Position numbers and translations under genes: made by a program
The notes under the pieces: generated by a model
What the model was told of the DNA's origin: nothing
The model's input: the letters and a program-made list of their open reading frames with translations, nothing else
Databases searched by the model: none
Part shown: positions 10,198 to 18,869 of the stretch, piece after piece
Position numbering within the stretch: the first letter of the stretch is position 1
Layout: each line of letters begins with the position of its first letter
Assembly (NCBI GenBank): GCA_965243065.1
Contig: CBDETO010000005.1
Coordinates: 387,323 to 451,322, forward strand
Direction: 5' to 3'
DNA from: Bdellovibrionales bacterium
GTDB lineage: Bacteria; Bdellovibrionota; Bdellovibrionia; Bdellovibrionales; UBA1609
Length of the DNA: 64,000 nt

Positions 10198-10827
10198 ATG
10201 AAAATGAATAAACCCACAATATCGCCAGCAGATAAGATTTGGAGTATTTTAGAAAGAGTTTCTGCCAGTCATGAAGAGGCCAAGCGGGAAATGAAAGAAA
10301 TCCGTGCCAGCCACAAAGAACTTCGTGCCAGTCAAACGGAAACCGACCGGCAAATGAAAGAAACCGACCGGCAAATACAAAAAATAGGGGGCCGGTTTAA
10401 TCAACGATGGGGAGCTTTAGTGGAGTCTTTAGTTGAGGGGAAACTTGTAAAAATTTTTCAAGGTCATGGGATAGATATAACACAAACTCATACTCGTTCT
10501 AAATCAGAGTGGAGAAAACCGGATGGTCGTATTGAAAGACGGGAGTTTGATATTATTGTGGCTAATGGAACAGAGGTTGTGGTTGTAGAAGTAAAAACCA
10601 CTTTAGTTCCCAAAGATGTCACTGTTTTTTTAGAAACCCTCCGGGACTTTAGAAATTATTTTCGAAGATATAAGACGGAAACCATCTATGGGGCGGTAGC
10701 CTATCTAGCCAGTGAGAGTAGGGCGCATTTGCTTGCGGAAGAAGAAGGTTTATTTCTTATCCGAGCTACAGGGGACAGTGCCAGCCTGGTTAATAAGAAA
10801 GATTTTAAACCTAAAGCCTTTAACTGA
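10198..10827 (+). CDS. coiled-coil + PD-(D/E)XK nuclease-fold protein (DUF3782-like), paralogue A
   Basis: 209 aa. The N-terminal part is heptad-repeat coiled coil. The C-terminal part reads ...REFDIIVANGTEVVVVEVKTTL (D...EVK). It is near-identical to 23668-24321 except for the coiled-coil segment. Confidence 0.5.
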   Translation: MKMNKPTISPADKIWSILERVSASHEEAKREMKEIRASHKELRASQTETDRQMKETDRQIQKIGGRFNQRWGALVESLVEGKLVKIFQGHGIDITQTHTRSKSEWRKPDGRIERREFDIIVANGTEVVVVEVKTTLVPKDVTVFLETLRDFRNYFRRYKTETIYGAVAYLASESRAHLLAEEEGLFLIRATGDSASLVNKKDFKPKAFN

Positions 10828-10866
10828 AAAATCATTTTTCAGTGTGGAGCTTATCTCCGTAGAGCT

Positions 10867-10913
10867 GTCATTCCCGTGAAGCTTGTCCCCGTGGAAGCGG
10901 GGAGCGGGAATCC
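10867..10913. repeat. ATTCCC...GGGAAT hairpin repeat with a second hairpin nested in its loop
   Basis: GTCATTCCCG[TGAAGCTTGTCCCCGTGGAAGCGGGGAG]CGGGAATCC. The same compound form occurs at 63927-63972. Confidence 0.8.
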
Positions 10914-11051
10914 AGAAAGGTAAAGCTGTTTTTCCTGAAGGATGTATTTACTTATAGATCATTACTTCTCTTAGCCGATGAGATGCCCGCTTTTGCGGAC
11001 ATGACAAGGGTTGTAGGTATGACAAGGTTCACGCTTCCGCTCAATATCCAG

Positions 11052-12323
11052 TTACTGGTTTAATTTTTCTTCTATGACAGACCATGTTTGTTCTAGCTCT
11101 TTATTACTAGTGCAATAAGGGGGGAGAATATAAACGATATTACCCAAAGGGCGTAAAAACACTCCTTTTTGAAAAGCTTTCTTACTAAATTCTTCAGCAA
11201 AAGAGGAGCTGTATCCTTGGCTCTTTACACGAAACTCCATAGCGGCTATAGTGCCACAGCCTCGTATATCTATTAGATTTTTATGTCCTTTGAGAACCTG
11301 TATTTTTTTTTGGTGGAAAGACTCTATTCTACGCCATTGCTTTTTCCATTTTGTTTTTTTTATTTCTTTAATGTTAGCTGCCGCTGCCGCACAGGAAATA
11401 GGATTACCTGTAAAACTGTGACCATGAAAGAAAAGATGCTTTTTTTCATCAGACAAAAAGCTGTCATAGATTGTTTTATTAGCTACAGTTAAAGCTAACG
11501 GAAGGAAGCCTCCTGTTAATCCTTTGGAGAGGCATAAAAGATCAGGAACCATTCCTAATTTTTGAAAAGCAAACAGCTCTCCAGTTCTTCCAAAGCCGGT
11601 CATTACTTCATCAAAAATAAGGTATAATCCCTTTTTTTTGCTTATAGAGCAAATCTCCTTAAGGGCTTGTTTAGGCCACATAATCATCCCTCCCGCTCCT
11701 TGAATAAAAGGTTCGATAATCACTCCGGCTAAATTAGCATGATACTTTTTAACCTTTTCTGAAAAATCAGAAACATAAGCGGACACAGGGTCATTGGATC
11801 GTGTTCCTTGCTTCACTCTAATAACAGAAAATAACAACTCTTTGTAAGGGTGAGTAAATAGGTTTCTTCCGCTGACACTCATGGCCCCTACAGTGTCCCC
11901 GTGATAAGAATTTTTAAAGGAGATAAACCTATTCCTTTGTGTTTCCCCCTTTGTTTGTTTCCAACTTTGTATGGCCATTTTAAGAGCAGACTCCACAGCC
12001 GTAGAGCCATTATCAGAAAAAAATATGTAAGGTAATTCTTTTGGCAAAATACCTTGTAGTTCTTTTAATAACTTTTTTGCAGGGGGATGATGGAAGTTGG
12101 CAAATAAAACCTGGTCCATTTCCTGGGCTTGTTCTTGTACCGCTTTTACAATAGAGGGTTCGCAGTGTCCAAGAGCAATCACCCACCAGGAGGAAATAGC
12201 GTCAATCACCTCTTTTCCATTTTTTAGATGGATAATACTGCCTTTGGCAGACACTGCCTCCGGCAGTGTTTTTATTTTTTTCATTTGGGTATAAGGGAGC
12301 CAGATTTTAGCTTGTGTTTTCAT
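11052..12323 (-). CDS. bioA: adenosylmethionine-8-amino-7-oxononanoate aminotransferase
   Basis: 423 aa class III aminotransferase with FDEVMTGFGRTG and a PLP-Lys context LCLSKGLTGG. It sits in the bio cluster. Confidence 0.93.
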   Translation of the reverse strand: MKTQAKIWLPYTQMKKIKTLPEAVSAKGSIIHLKNGKEVIDAISSWWVIALGHCEPSIVKAVQEQAQEMDQVLFANFHHPPAKKLLKELQGILPKELPYIFFSDNGSTAVESALKMAIQSWKQTKGETQRNRFISFKNSYHGDTVGAMSVSGRNLFTHPYKELLFSVIRVKQGTRSNDPVSAYVSDFSEKVKKYHANLAGVIIEPFIQGAGGMIMWPKQALKEICSISKKKGLYLIFDEVMTGFGRTGELFAFQKLGMVPDLLCLSKGLTGGFLPLALTVANKTIYDSFLSDEKKHLFFHGHSFTGNPISCAAAAANIKEIKKTKWKKQWRRIESFHQKKIQVLKGHKNLIDIRGCGTIAAMEFRVKSQGYSSSFAEEFSKKAFQKGVFLRPLGNIVYILPPYCTSNKELEQTWSVIEEKLNQ

Positions 12324-12342
12324 ATCCTCTATCTTTTATACA

Positions 12343-12981
12343 TTACTTTTTTATCGAAATCGTCATCAGCCATTCTTTAACTAGAGAAGAAAAAGCCATT
12401 CTTTCATAATCAAAAAGCCGTGTGGCTCGCTCTTTAAAGTCCGGGTCTTTTTTTTGAATCATTTGTATTACTGTTTTAAGGTGATGGTCTTCCTCTCTGA
12501 GTATGGCATTTAAGTTAAAAGACAGCTTATTTGACTTTAGAACTTGATTATAAAGTTCGTATAACATGAGAGCGCGTTCTTCTATCAGCCATGTTGTGTA
12601 AAAATAGTTTAATATATTTTTGGAAGGGACATTGGTTAGGTCTTCTTCTGCTTTGTGGTCAATGGCCTGGAAGTAATCTTCAGAGGCGGATCCTTTTATA
12701 AGATAAATATCTTCAAATGTGGGACAGTCCACAGGAGATAGTTTATGGGCCAAATGTTTGAAATAAAAGGCGTGACGGGCCTCTTCACTAATATGTTGGA
12801 GTATAAAGTGATCTAGTTTTGTAGAGTCTTGACTTTTAATTATTTTTCGAGATCCGATATGTTCCATAAAAGCTAATGTGTTTAACCAATAGGTATGTCG
12901 TTTTTTATCTTGGACAATATTTTGTAAAAAAGACAAAAGGTCTTTTCTTATACTTGTTTCTTTTTCAAGGGATAAAGGCAT
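12343..12981 (-). CDS. ferritin-like diiron-carboxylate protein of unknown function, co-oriented 19 bp upstream of bioA
   Basis: 212 aa with duplicated E-(x~27-29)-ExxH ligand sets: E40, E67-A-R-H70, E134/135, E163-E-D-H166. Confidence 0.6.
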   Translation of the reverse strand: MPLSLEKETSIRKDLLSFLQNIVQDKKRHTYWLNTLAFMEHIGSRKIIKSQDSTKLDHFILQHISEEARHAFYFKHLAHKLSPVDCPTFEDIYLIKGSASEDYFQAIDHKAEEDLTNVPSKNILNYFYTTWLIEERALMLYELYNQVLKSNKLSFNLNAILREEDHHLKTVIQMIQKKDPDFKERATRLFDYERMAFSSLVKEWLMTISIKK

Positions 12982-13093
12982 AATTGGTTCTTATTTTTTA
13001 ATATATTATTTTTTTCTAACCTATAAGTGAATGTAACTAATACCACACCGGTATAGAATCTGCAAATTTTGTTCATTTATCAGTAAATATGTC

Positions 13094-13197
13094 CTTCAGG
13101 AAAACAGCTTTGCCTCTATCGGGACGGTCCTTGTCTTTCTTAGGTAGAAAGCCAAGGTCCTTGGACCCTCTGCCGGCAAACTGTTTTCCTGAAGAAG
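13094..13197. repeat. PAL-family palindromic repeat, variant 2
   Basis: TIRs are CTTCAGGAAAACAG...CTGTTTTCCTGAAGAAG, with a central GGTCCTTG...CAAGGTCC hairpin. Confidence 0.7.
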
Positions 13198-13253
13198 TAC
13201 AATATACAGACAAGCAAGTTGTTATCTTCTTGTCCTGTAAAGTATGTCATTCC

Positions 13254-13528
13254 TGTAAATGTTCACTAATTCGCTGACAAAATGGAGTTTATAAGAGAGT
13301 GTTGTCAGCCCCGATGAGGAGGGGGACTCTTTCATTTACTGGATTCCCGTTTTCACGGGAATGACAGAGAGATAAGTTCTTCAGGAGAGAATAGGGGGCA
13401 AAAGCGAGTTCGGATTTGAGCACAGAGCAACCAAAGGTTGCTTCTGTGGCAAACCGCATGTCTGAGACTTTTGACTCCTATTCTCTCCTGAAGAAGTGAT
13501 TTTGTCAGCGAATTAGTGAACATTTACA
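13254..13528. repeat. IS481-derived MITE (275 bp) carrying a hairpin repeat and a PAL copy
   Basis: The first ~48 bp and the last ~37 bp match the ends of the IS at 26172-27283 (TGTAAATGTTCACTAATTCGCTGACAAAATGGAGTTTATAAG... / ...GAAGAAGTGATTTTGTCAGCGAATTAGTGAACATTTACA). There is no transposase. Confidence 0.85.
13379..13496. repeat. PAL palindromic repeat (inverted orientation), nested in MITE
   Basis: CTTCAGGAGAGAATAGG...CCTATTCTCTCCTGAAGAAG, with a central CACAGAGCAACC-AAA-GGTTGCTTCTGTG hairpin. Confidence 0.85.
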
Positions 13529-13802
13529 ATCCGCGCCAGCGGGAATCTCATACTGACAGGAATTTTCAAACCCGATCATTATAAGTTCAGATAAAAATAA
13601 TGAATAAAAAATGACAGTTGTTTGAAATGTTGTAAAGTTTTTGTCTCTATATGAGAATTTTTAATAAAAATAGCTTAAGCAAGATATTTTTTAATCATTT
13701 TATTATGTATCTCCAATAAAATATCTATAATAAGCTCTATAGGTTTTAAGACTAATGACCGATAAATGAGGGACATTCCAAAATTCAATAACAGGAGGTA
13801 GT

Positions 13803-14138
13803 ATGATGATAGAAAAGAAAAGAAAAATAAATGGTTTATTATTAAATTCGGGTTTTCTATGTTTATTGTTGGGGTTTTCTATGTTTTTAGAAGCGAGAGT
13901 TACTGTTGAACAGCAGCTTCAAAGTGCGATTGAAGGCAATTTGCATAAGTTGGATAAACAGATATATGATCTCACGGTAGGATCGAACTCTGTCTTTCCG
14001 GCGATAACTCAAGATTTAAGAAAGATTTTTCAATATTGGGAAGAAGACAAAATTAAGCTTAAAGAAGTAAGACAACTTTTGAAAGAGTGTGAAGCACCAG
14101 CTCGCGACGCGTCTTCAAACAGGTTATTAGGGCAGTAA
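13803..14138 (+). CDS. small exported/membrane-anchored protein, unknown function
   Basis: AGGAGG lies 6 nt upstream of the ATG. It has a hydrophobic N-terminal segment (LLLNSGFLCLLLGFSMFLEA) and no recognisable family. Confidence 0.45.
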   Translation: MMIEKKRKINGLLLNSGFLCLLLGFSMFLEARVTVEQQLQSAIEGNLHKLDKQIYDLTVGSNSVFPAITQDLRKIFQYWEEDKIKLKEVRQLLKECEAPARDASSNRLLGQ

Positions 14139-14162
14139 GACAACTTTTGAGACAGGGTGAAG

Positions 14163-14924
14163 CTAATAATTAATAAACAAAGAGGTTTTTTTAAAGTAGG
14201 GTCGTAAAGTTTCAGGAGACAGCGTATCCAAAAGAGGTAATTCCAGTAGAACGGAAATTTTACCTTTTGTTTCAATATCTTTTTTATTTTTTGCGTGGAG
14301 GGGACCCACCATAATCACTCCCATAAGGGGAATGTTTTTTGATCTTAAAACAGATAAGGTTAAAAAAGTGTGATTAAGGGTTCCTAAAGTGCTTTTAGCA
14401 ACAATAATGACCGGGCAATCCATTTTTTTCATTAGATCAGTCATGTCTTCTTTTTCGTTAAAGGGAACCAAAGCCCCGCCAGCTCCTTCAATTATTAAAT
14501 TAGCCGTACCCTCTGGGCAGTTAATTTTTTCTTTTTGAAGGTTCACTCCTTCCATTTTTGCGGCTTGGTTGGGAGAGAGAGGATTTTTTAAAGTATAAAT
14601 AGAAGGATGAATATTTTGTTCGGGAATAAACCGACTTATAACTTCATTATCTGTTCCAGGAAGTATTTTATTTAGGACAGGTTCAGAGGGTTTAGGAACA
14701 TTTGTAGAAGAAAGCTGTACTGTATTTATTGGTGAAGGTGGAGCAGGCGGGGACGACGAAGGGATATTTGCAGAGGAAAGCTGTGTTGCATTCCCTCCCT
14801 TTGGAACTTGGTAGCCAGCCTGGATAGGTTTCCAGTAATGAGCCGGCCAGGTCATACATAAACCGGCGGCAACAATAGTTTTACCTACATCCGTATCCGT
14901 TCCTGTGATAAAGATTTTTTTCAT
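14163..14924 (-). CDS. bioD: dethiobiotin synthase with ~50-aa Pro/Ser-rich insertion
   Basis: It has the P-loop ITGTDTDVGKT, KPIQAG, EGAGG and GTLNH motifs. There is extra low-complexity sequence between KPIQAG and TDNEV. Confidence 0.85.
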   Translation of the reverse strand: MKKIFITGTDTDVGKTIVAAGLCMTWPAHYWKPIQAGYQVPKGGNATQLSSANIPSSSPPAPPSPINTVQLSSTNVPKPSEPVLNKILPGTDNEVISRFIPEQNIHPSIYTLKNPLSPNQAAKMEGVNLQKEKINCPEGTANLIIEGAGGALVPFNEKEDMTDLMKKMDCPVIIVAKSTLGTLNHTFLTLSVLRSKNIPLMGVIMVGPLHAKNKKDIETKGKISVLLELPLLDTLSPETLRPYFKKTSLFINY

Positions 14925-14964
14925 TTTTTCCTGCCTTCCTGTCCCTCGCCGTCCCTGTCATTCC

Positions 14965-15194
14965 TGTACGTGTTCACTAATTCGCTGACAGAATCACTTC
15001 TTCAGTAGAGAATAGGAGTCAAAAGGCTCAGACATGCGTTTTGCCACAGAGCAACCTTTGGTTGCTCATGTGTCAAATCCGAACTCGCTTTTGCCCCCTA
15101 TTCTCTCCTGAAGAGCTTATCTCTATCCTGCTTTGTATGTCATCCCTATAGCTAACGGGAAGCCATTTTGTCAGCGAATTAGTGAACACGTACA
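14965..15194. repeat. IS481-derived MITE (230 bp) between bioF and bioD
   Basis: The ends are TGTACGTGTTCACTAATTCGCTGACAG... and ...TTTTGTCAGCGAATTAGTGAACACGTACA. The flanks are GTCATTCC | ... | ...GCGGGAATC. Confidence 0.85.
15000..15115. repeat. PAL palindromic repeat, nested in MITE
   Basis: This is the reference copy: CTTCAGTAGAGAATAGGAGTCAAAAGGCTCAGACATGCGTTTTGCCACAGAGCAACCTTTGGTTGCTC...CCTATTCTCTCCTGAAGAG. Confidence 0.85.
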
Positions 15195-15243
15195 CTTCTC
15201 CCGGGAGCGGGAATCTCATCCTGGCAGTAATTTTCAAACCCGA

Positions 15244-16386
15244 TCAGTATAATAAAAGTTTTAAAACATGGATTAATTCTTTCAATTGTTTATAAGTATG
15301 ATTGTAATGGATACAAATTCTCAATCTTTCTTTTCCTTTGGCAACGGTAGGATAACGAATGGCCCTTATATCGTAGCCTTTTTTTTGCAAAGTTTTTTCT
15401 ATAGCTAGAGCGGAAGTGGTACTTTCGGTGATAATCGGAATAATCATACTTTCCGAATCTCCGATAGGGGCTAAATTTTTTATTTTATTTCTAAAAAAAT
15501 CTGCTTTTTTCTTTAATAATTCTCTTCTTTTAGCTTCTTTTTTTAACACATTTAATACACATTTTATATAAAATAGAAGAACAGGTGAGGGGGCTGTTGT
15601 ATAGATAAAAGCGCGGCATTTATTAATAAGATACTTTTTTAAAATAGCCGGTCCGGCTATAAAAGCTCCATTAGCGGCCATAGCTTTTCCGCAAGGATGA
15701 ATGCTGATTATATGCTCTTTTTCTCTTAAAGGACCACATAAACCATTTCCTTTTGGACCATAGATCCCTGTGGCATGAGCTTCATCTACGATTAATAAGG
15801 CTTGATATTTTAAAGCCAGTTCAGATAATTCCTGTAAAGGAGCAAAATCCCCATCCATACTGAAAAGGCTTTCCGTAATAATCATTTTGTTTTTTTGTCT
15901 TTCTTTTTTTAATAAATGTTCCAATGTATTCATATCTTTGTGAGGATAAATATGACAAGGGCTGCGACTGAGTCGGCACCCATCAATAAGGCTCGCGTGG
16001 TTCATTTGATCGGAAAAGATGACAGAATTTTTACAAAGAGTTTGAATTAGCCCTAGGTTAGCCATATAACCGGAGCTAAAAAATAGGGCAGATTTTCTAC
16101 CTACATACCGTTGGAACAATTGTTCTGTTTCTTTGTGCCAGGGGGTGTGGCCTCTAATCAATCGAGAAGCTCCTGCACTTAACGGGAGATCTTTTTTTAA
16201 GGCTTGAATCAAGGATTTTCGTATGCCAGCATGATGAGTTAAGGATAAATAATCATTAGAGCTAAAATCAAGACCTTCCGGTGTTTTTAGTTTTCTGTTT
16301 AGATTTTGATGAGCAAGCTGTGTTAGTTCTTTTTCCCATTTAGTAAGATAGAAGGAAATATTTTTTGTCATTTCTTTTTGTTTCAT
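15244..16386 (-). CDS. bioF: 8-amino-7-oxononanoate synthase
   Basis: 380 aa alpha-oxoamine synthase with LIVDEAHATG and a PLP-Lys context (HPCGKAMA). Confidence 0.93.
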   Translation of the reverse strand: MKQKEMTKNISFYLTKWEKELTQLAHQNLNRKLKTPEGLDFSSNDYLSLTHHAGIRKSLIQALKKDLPLSAGASRLIRGHTPWHKETEQLFQRYVGRKSALFFSSGYMANLGLIQTLCKNSVIFSDQMNHASLIDGCRLSRSPCHIYPHKDMNTLEHLLKKERQKNKMIITESLFSMDGDFAPLQELSELALKYQALLIVDEAHATGIYGPKGNGLCGPLREKEHIISIHPCGKAMAANGAFIAGPAILKKYLINKCRAFIYTTAPSPVLLFYIKCVLNVLKKEAKRRELLKKKADFFRNKIKNLAPIGDSESMIIPIITESTTSALAIEKTLQKKGYDIRAIRYPTVAKGKERLRICIHYNHTYKQLKELIHVLKLLLY

Positions 16387-16428
16387 ATTTTTATCTATAA
16401 TGCGACTATTTAAAAGTCTGAGTTTTTA

Positions 16429-17409
16429 CTAGATTCCTGCCTGTTTTCGCGGGAATGATGGTTTTGCGATCAAGCCTAAGTTTTCAAGCATTTTTTTATC
16501 TTGCGGTAGTTCGGGATTGGAAGAAGTAAGCAGTTTTTCTCCAATAAAAATGGAATTGGCTCCGGCAAAAAAACAAAGGAACTGATCCGATTCTGTCATA
16601 CCTGTGCGACCGGCACTGAGGCGGATCATCGCCTTTGGCATAATCAGGCGGGCGGTGGAAATCACTCGTACAATTTCCATTGTGGAAATTGGTTTTTGTT
16701 TAGCCAGAGGAGTTCCAGGGATGGGAATAAGTTTATTAATAGTCACACTCTCCGGCTGAGGGTCAAATATGGCTAGCTGATGTAAAAAATCAATTCTATC
16801 CTGCTCTGTTTCCCCCATCCCTAAAATACCTCCTGTGCAGACAGTGATACCCGCTTCCCGGACATGGTGGATGGTTTGAATCCGATCTTTATAGGAACGG
16901 GTGGTGATAATGTTAGGATAAAAATTTTCAGAACAATCTATATTGTGATTGTAGGCATAGAGGCCAGCTTGTTTTAATTTTTTAGCTTGTGACTTGGAGA
17001 TCATCCCCAGTGTGCAGCATACTTCCATATCCAGTTTATGAACAGCAGACACCATTTCCAATACCTGGTCAAACTGAGGACCATCTCTTACTTCTCTCCA
17101 GGCGGCACCCATACAAAAGCGTGTAGCCCCTTCCTCCTTGGCTTTTTTAGCGGCGGATATAACTTGATTCAGGTCCATGAGCTTTTCTTTCTCCACTCCC
17201 GTTTTGTAGTGAGCCGACTGAGGGCAATAAGAGCAATTTTCTGGGCAGCCCCCTGTTTTAATGGACAGGAGCTTACTGGTTTGTATTTTTTTGGGATCAA
17301 AATGTTTTCGGTGGGTACTATGCGCTCTATACAGTAATTCTATCATAGTTAGATGATATATCTTTTTTACTTCATGGATAGATAAGTTGGAAGATTGAGA
17401 TGAAGACAT
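16429..17409 (-). CDS. bioB: biotin synthase (radical SAM)
   Basis: CPENCSYCPQS radical-SAM motif and YNHNIDC. The last ~9 codons (SFPRKQAGI*) are encoded by a degenerate ATTCCC...GGGAAT hairpin repeat. Confidence 0.95.
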   Translation of the reverse strand: MSSSQSSNLSIHEVKKIYHLTMIELLYRAHSTHRKHFDPKKIQTSKLLSIKTGGCPENCSYCPQSAHYKTGVEKEKLMDLNQVISAAKKAKEEGATRFCMGAAWREVRDGPQFDQVLEMVSAVHKLDMEVCCTLGMISKSQAKKLKQAGLYAYNHNIDCSENFYPNIITTRSYKDRIQTIHHVREAGITVCTGGILGMGETEQDRIDFLHQLAIFDPQPESVTINKLIPIPGTPLAKQKPISTMEIVRVISTARLIMPKAMIRLSAGRTGMTESDQFLCFFAGANSIFIGEKLLTSSNPELPQDKKMLENLGLIAKPSFPRKQAGI

Positions 17410-17790
17410 AAATTAACCTGCTCCAGATTTGATTGTCTCAGACTGTGAAAGCACTTTAAGCGGAAAGGCAAGTTGTTGCCTTCCCGTCCCGCGAAAGCGG
17501 GAATCCATTCTCTCCTGAAGATCCTAATCTCTATCCCGCTTTGTCTGTCCTACTTATCCCGACGAAAATGAAAGCCACTTTGGTGGCTTCCCATCCAGCT
17601 TGCACTATCATTCCCATTCCAGAGGGAATCTTATCCTGACGGGGATTTTCAAACACAATCAGTATAACATAATATGAGGATATTCAAGTAGAGTCAGTAT
17701 AAGCTCCAAAAACAGGTTACACAAGGTTTTTCCTTTACAATTTTTCAAACAATCAGTATAAGCGAGTATCAAACCGAAGGGGTGTAGATT

Positions 17791-18717
17791 ATGAAAATTT
17801 TTACAGGTAAGGCTAATCCTGAGTTTGCACAGAAAGTGGCTTCTCATTTAGATATTCCTTTAGGTCATTGTGAAGTGTCCCGCTTTGCGGATGGGGAAGT
17901 GCAGGTTTCTATAAAGGAAAATGTGCGAGGTTCGGATATATTTATCATTCAAAGCACCTCTTCTCCCGTAAATGAGAATTATATGGAGTTGTTTATATTG
18001 ATGGATGCTGTAAAAAGGGCCTCTGCACGGGAGATCACTTTAGTGATGCCCTACTATGGTTATGCCCGCCAAGATCGAAAAGCCGAGCCGCGTGCTCCTA
18101 TATCCGCCCGTTGTATCGCGGACCTTTGCCAGGTCTCTGGTGCTAAAAGGTTGCTTGTTGTAGATCTGCATGCCCCTCAAATTCAAGGTTTTTTTAATGG
18201 CCCTGTGGATAACCTGTTTGCTTTTCCGGTAATGGCTCAAGCTTGGTTGGAAAAAAAGAAAGATATTCAAAATATTGTTTGTGTCAGTCCTGATACGGGA
18301 GCGGTGGAAAGGACCAGAGCTTTCGCGAAAAGAATCAAAAGCCCTATAGCCATTATAGATAAAAGACGGGACCGCCCGAACGAGGCTAAAGCTTTCCATG
18401 TGATTGGAGATATAAAGGGTAAAACGGCTCTTATCGTGGATGATATGATTGATACGGCAGGCACTCTTTGTGTTGCTGTAGATCATTTGATAAAAAAAGG
18501 AGCTAGGGAAGTATATGCGATTGTCACTCATGCTGTTTTTTCTGGCTCGGCGGTGGAAAGAATTAAAAATAGCCGCTTGAAAGAAGTGTGGGTCACTGAT
18601 ACGATTGCTTTAAAACAGAATAGTGAGAAAATACATTGTGTTTCTGTGGCTCCTTTGGTGGCGGAAGCTATGAAGCGCATTTACTCTAAAGGTTCTGTAA
18701 GTGCCCTTTTTGATTAA
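17791..18717 (+). CDS. prs: ribose-phosphate diphosphokinase
   Basis: 308 aa with YYGYARQDRK and the PRPP-binding loop ALIVDDMIDTAGT. Confidence 0.95.
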   Translation: MKIFTGKANPEFAQKVASHLDIPLGHCEVSRFADGEVQVSIKENVRGSDIFIIQSTSSPVNENYMELFILMDAVKRASAREITLVMPYYGYARQDRKAEPRAPISARCIADLCQVSGAKRLLVVDLHAPQIQGFFNGPVDNLFAFPVMAQAWLEKKKDIQNIVCVSPDTGAVERTRAFAKRIKSPIAIIDKRRDRPNEAKAFHVIGDIKGKTALIVDDMIDTAGTLCVAVDHLIKKGAREVYAIVTHAVFSGSAVERIKNSRLKEVWVTDTIALKQNSEKIHCVSVAPLVAEAMKRIYSKGSVSALFD

Positions 18718-18869
18718 CTATATCGGATCCTTATAAAAAAAGGGGGAGGAGGGCTTTAGAATCTCTCCCTTTCCTTTGGGAAGAAGCTTCCCTTGGGAGA
18801 AAACAAGGAGACAACGGGAAAACGCAAACTGTACTGGATAAATATATTAAGATAGAAGGAGAAATATAA

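Noticed and set aside
10824-10842. CTGAAAAATCATTTTTCAG perfect 9-bp-stem hairpin after the PD-(D/E)XK genes (also at 24318-24336) as an intrinsic terminator
   Set aside because: The stem is all A/T apart from its closing C·G pairs and no U-tract follows it. It may still matter, because it is conserved in both paralogous loci, but it does not meet the criteria for a rho-independent terminator.
13089-13277. Short ORFs lying in repeat DNA (13089-13277, 24244-24507, 25853-26105, 27102-27344, 57242-57514, 57967-58182, 58290-58481)
   Set aside because: Each is composed almost entirely of PAL, MITE or hairpin repeat sequence; 27102-27344 additionally runs antisense through the 3' end of the IS481 transposase gene. 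Recurring peptides such as SFPRKRES come from the hairpin. None has an RBS.
18040-18531. Antisense or overlapping ORFs inside well-supported genes (for example 987-1184, 3413-3928, 9072-9371, 18040-18531, 29220-29624, 31370-31777, 41458-41776, 61077-61688, 63389-63760)
   Set aside because: They lie opposite or out of frame to genes with clear family motifs, and have odd composition and no translation signals. They are spurious.
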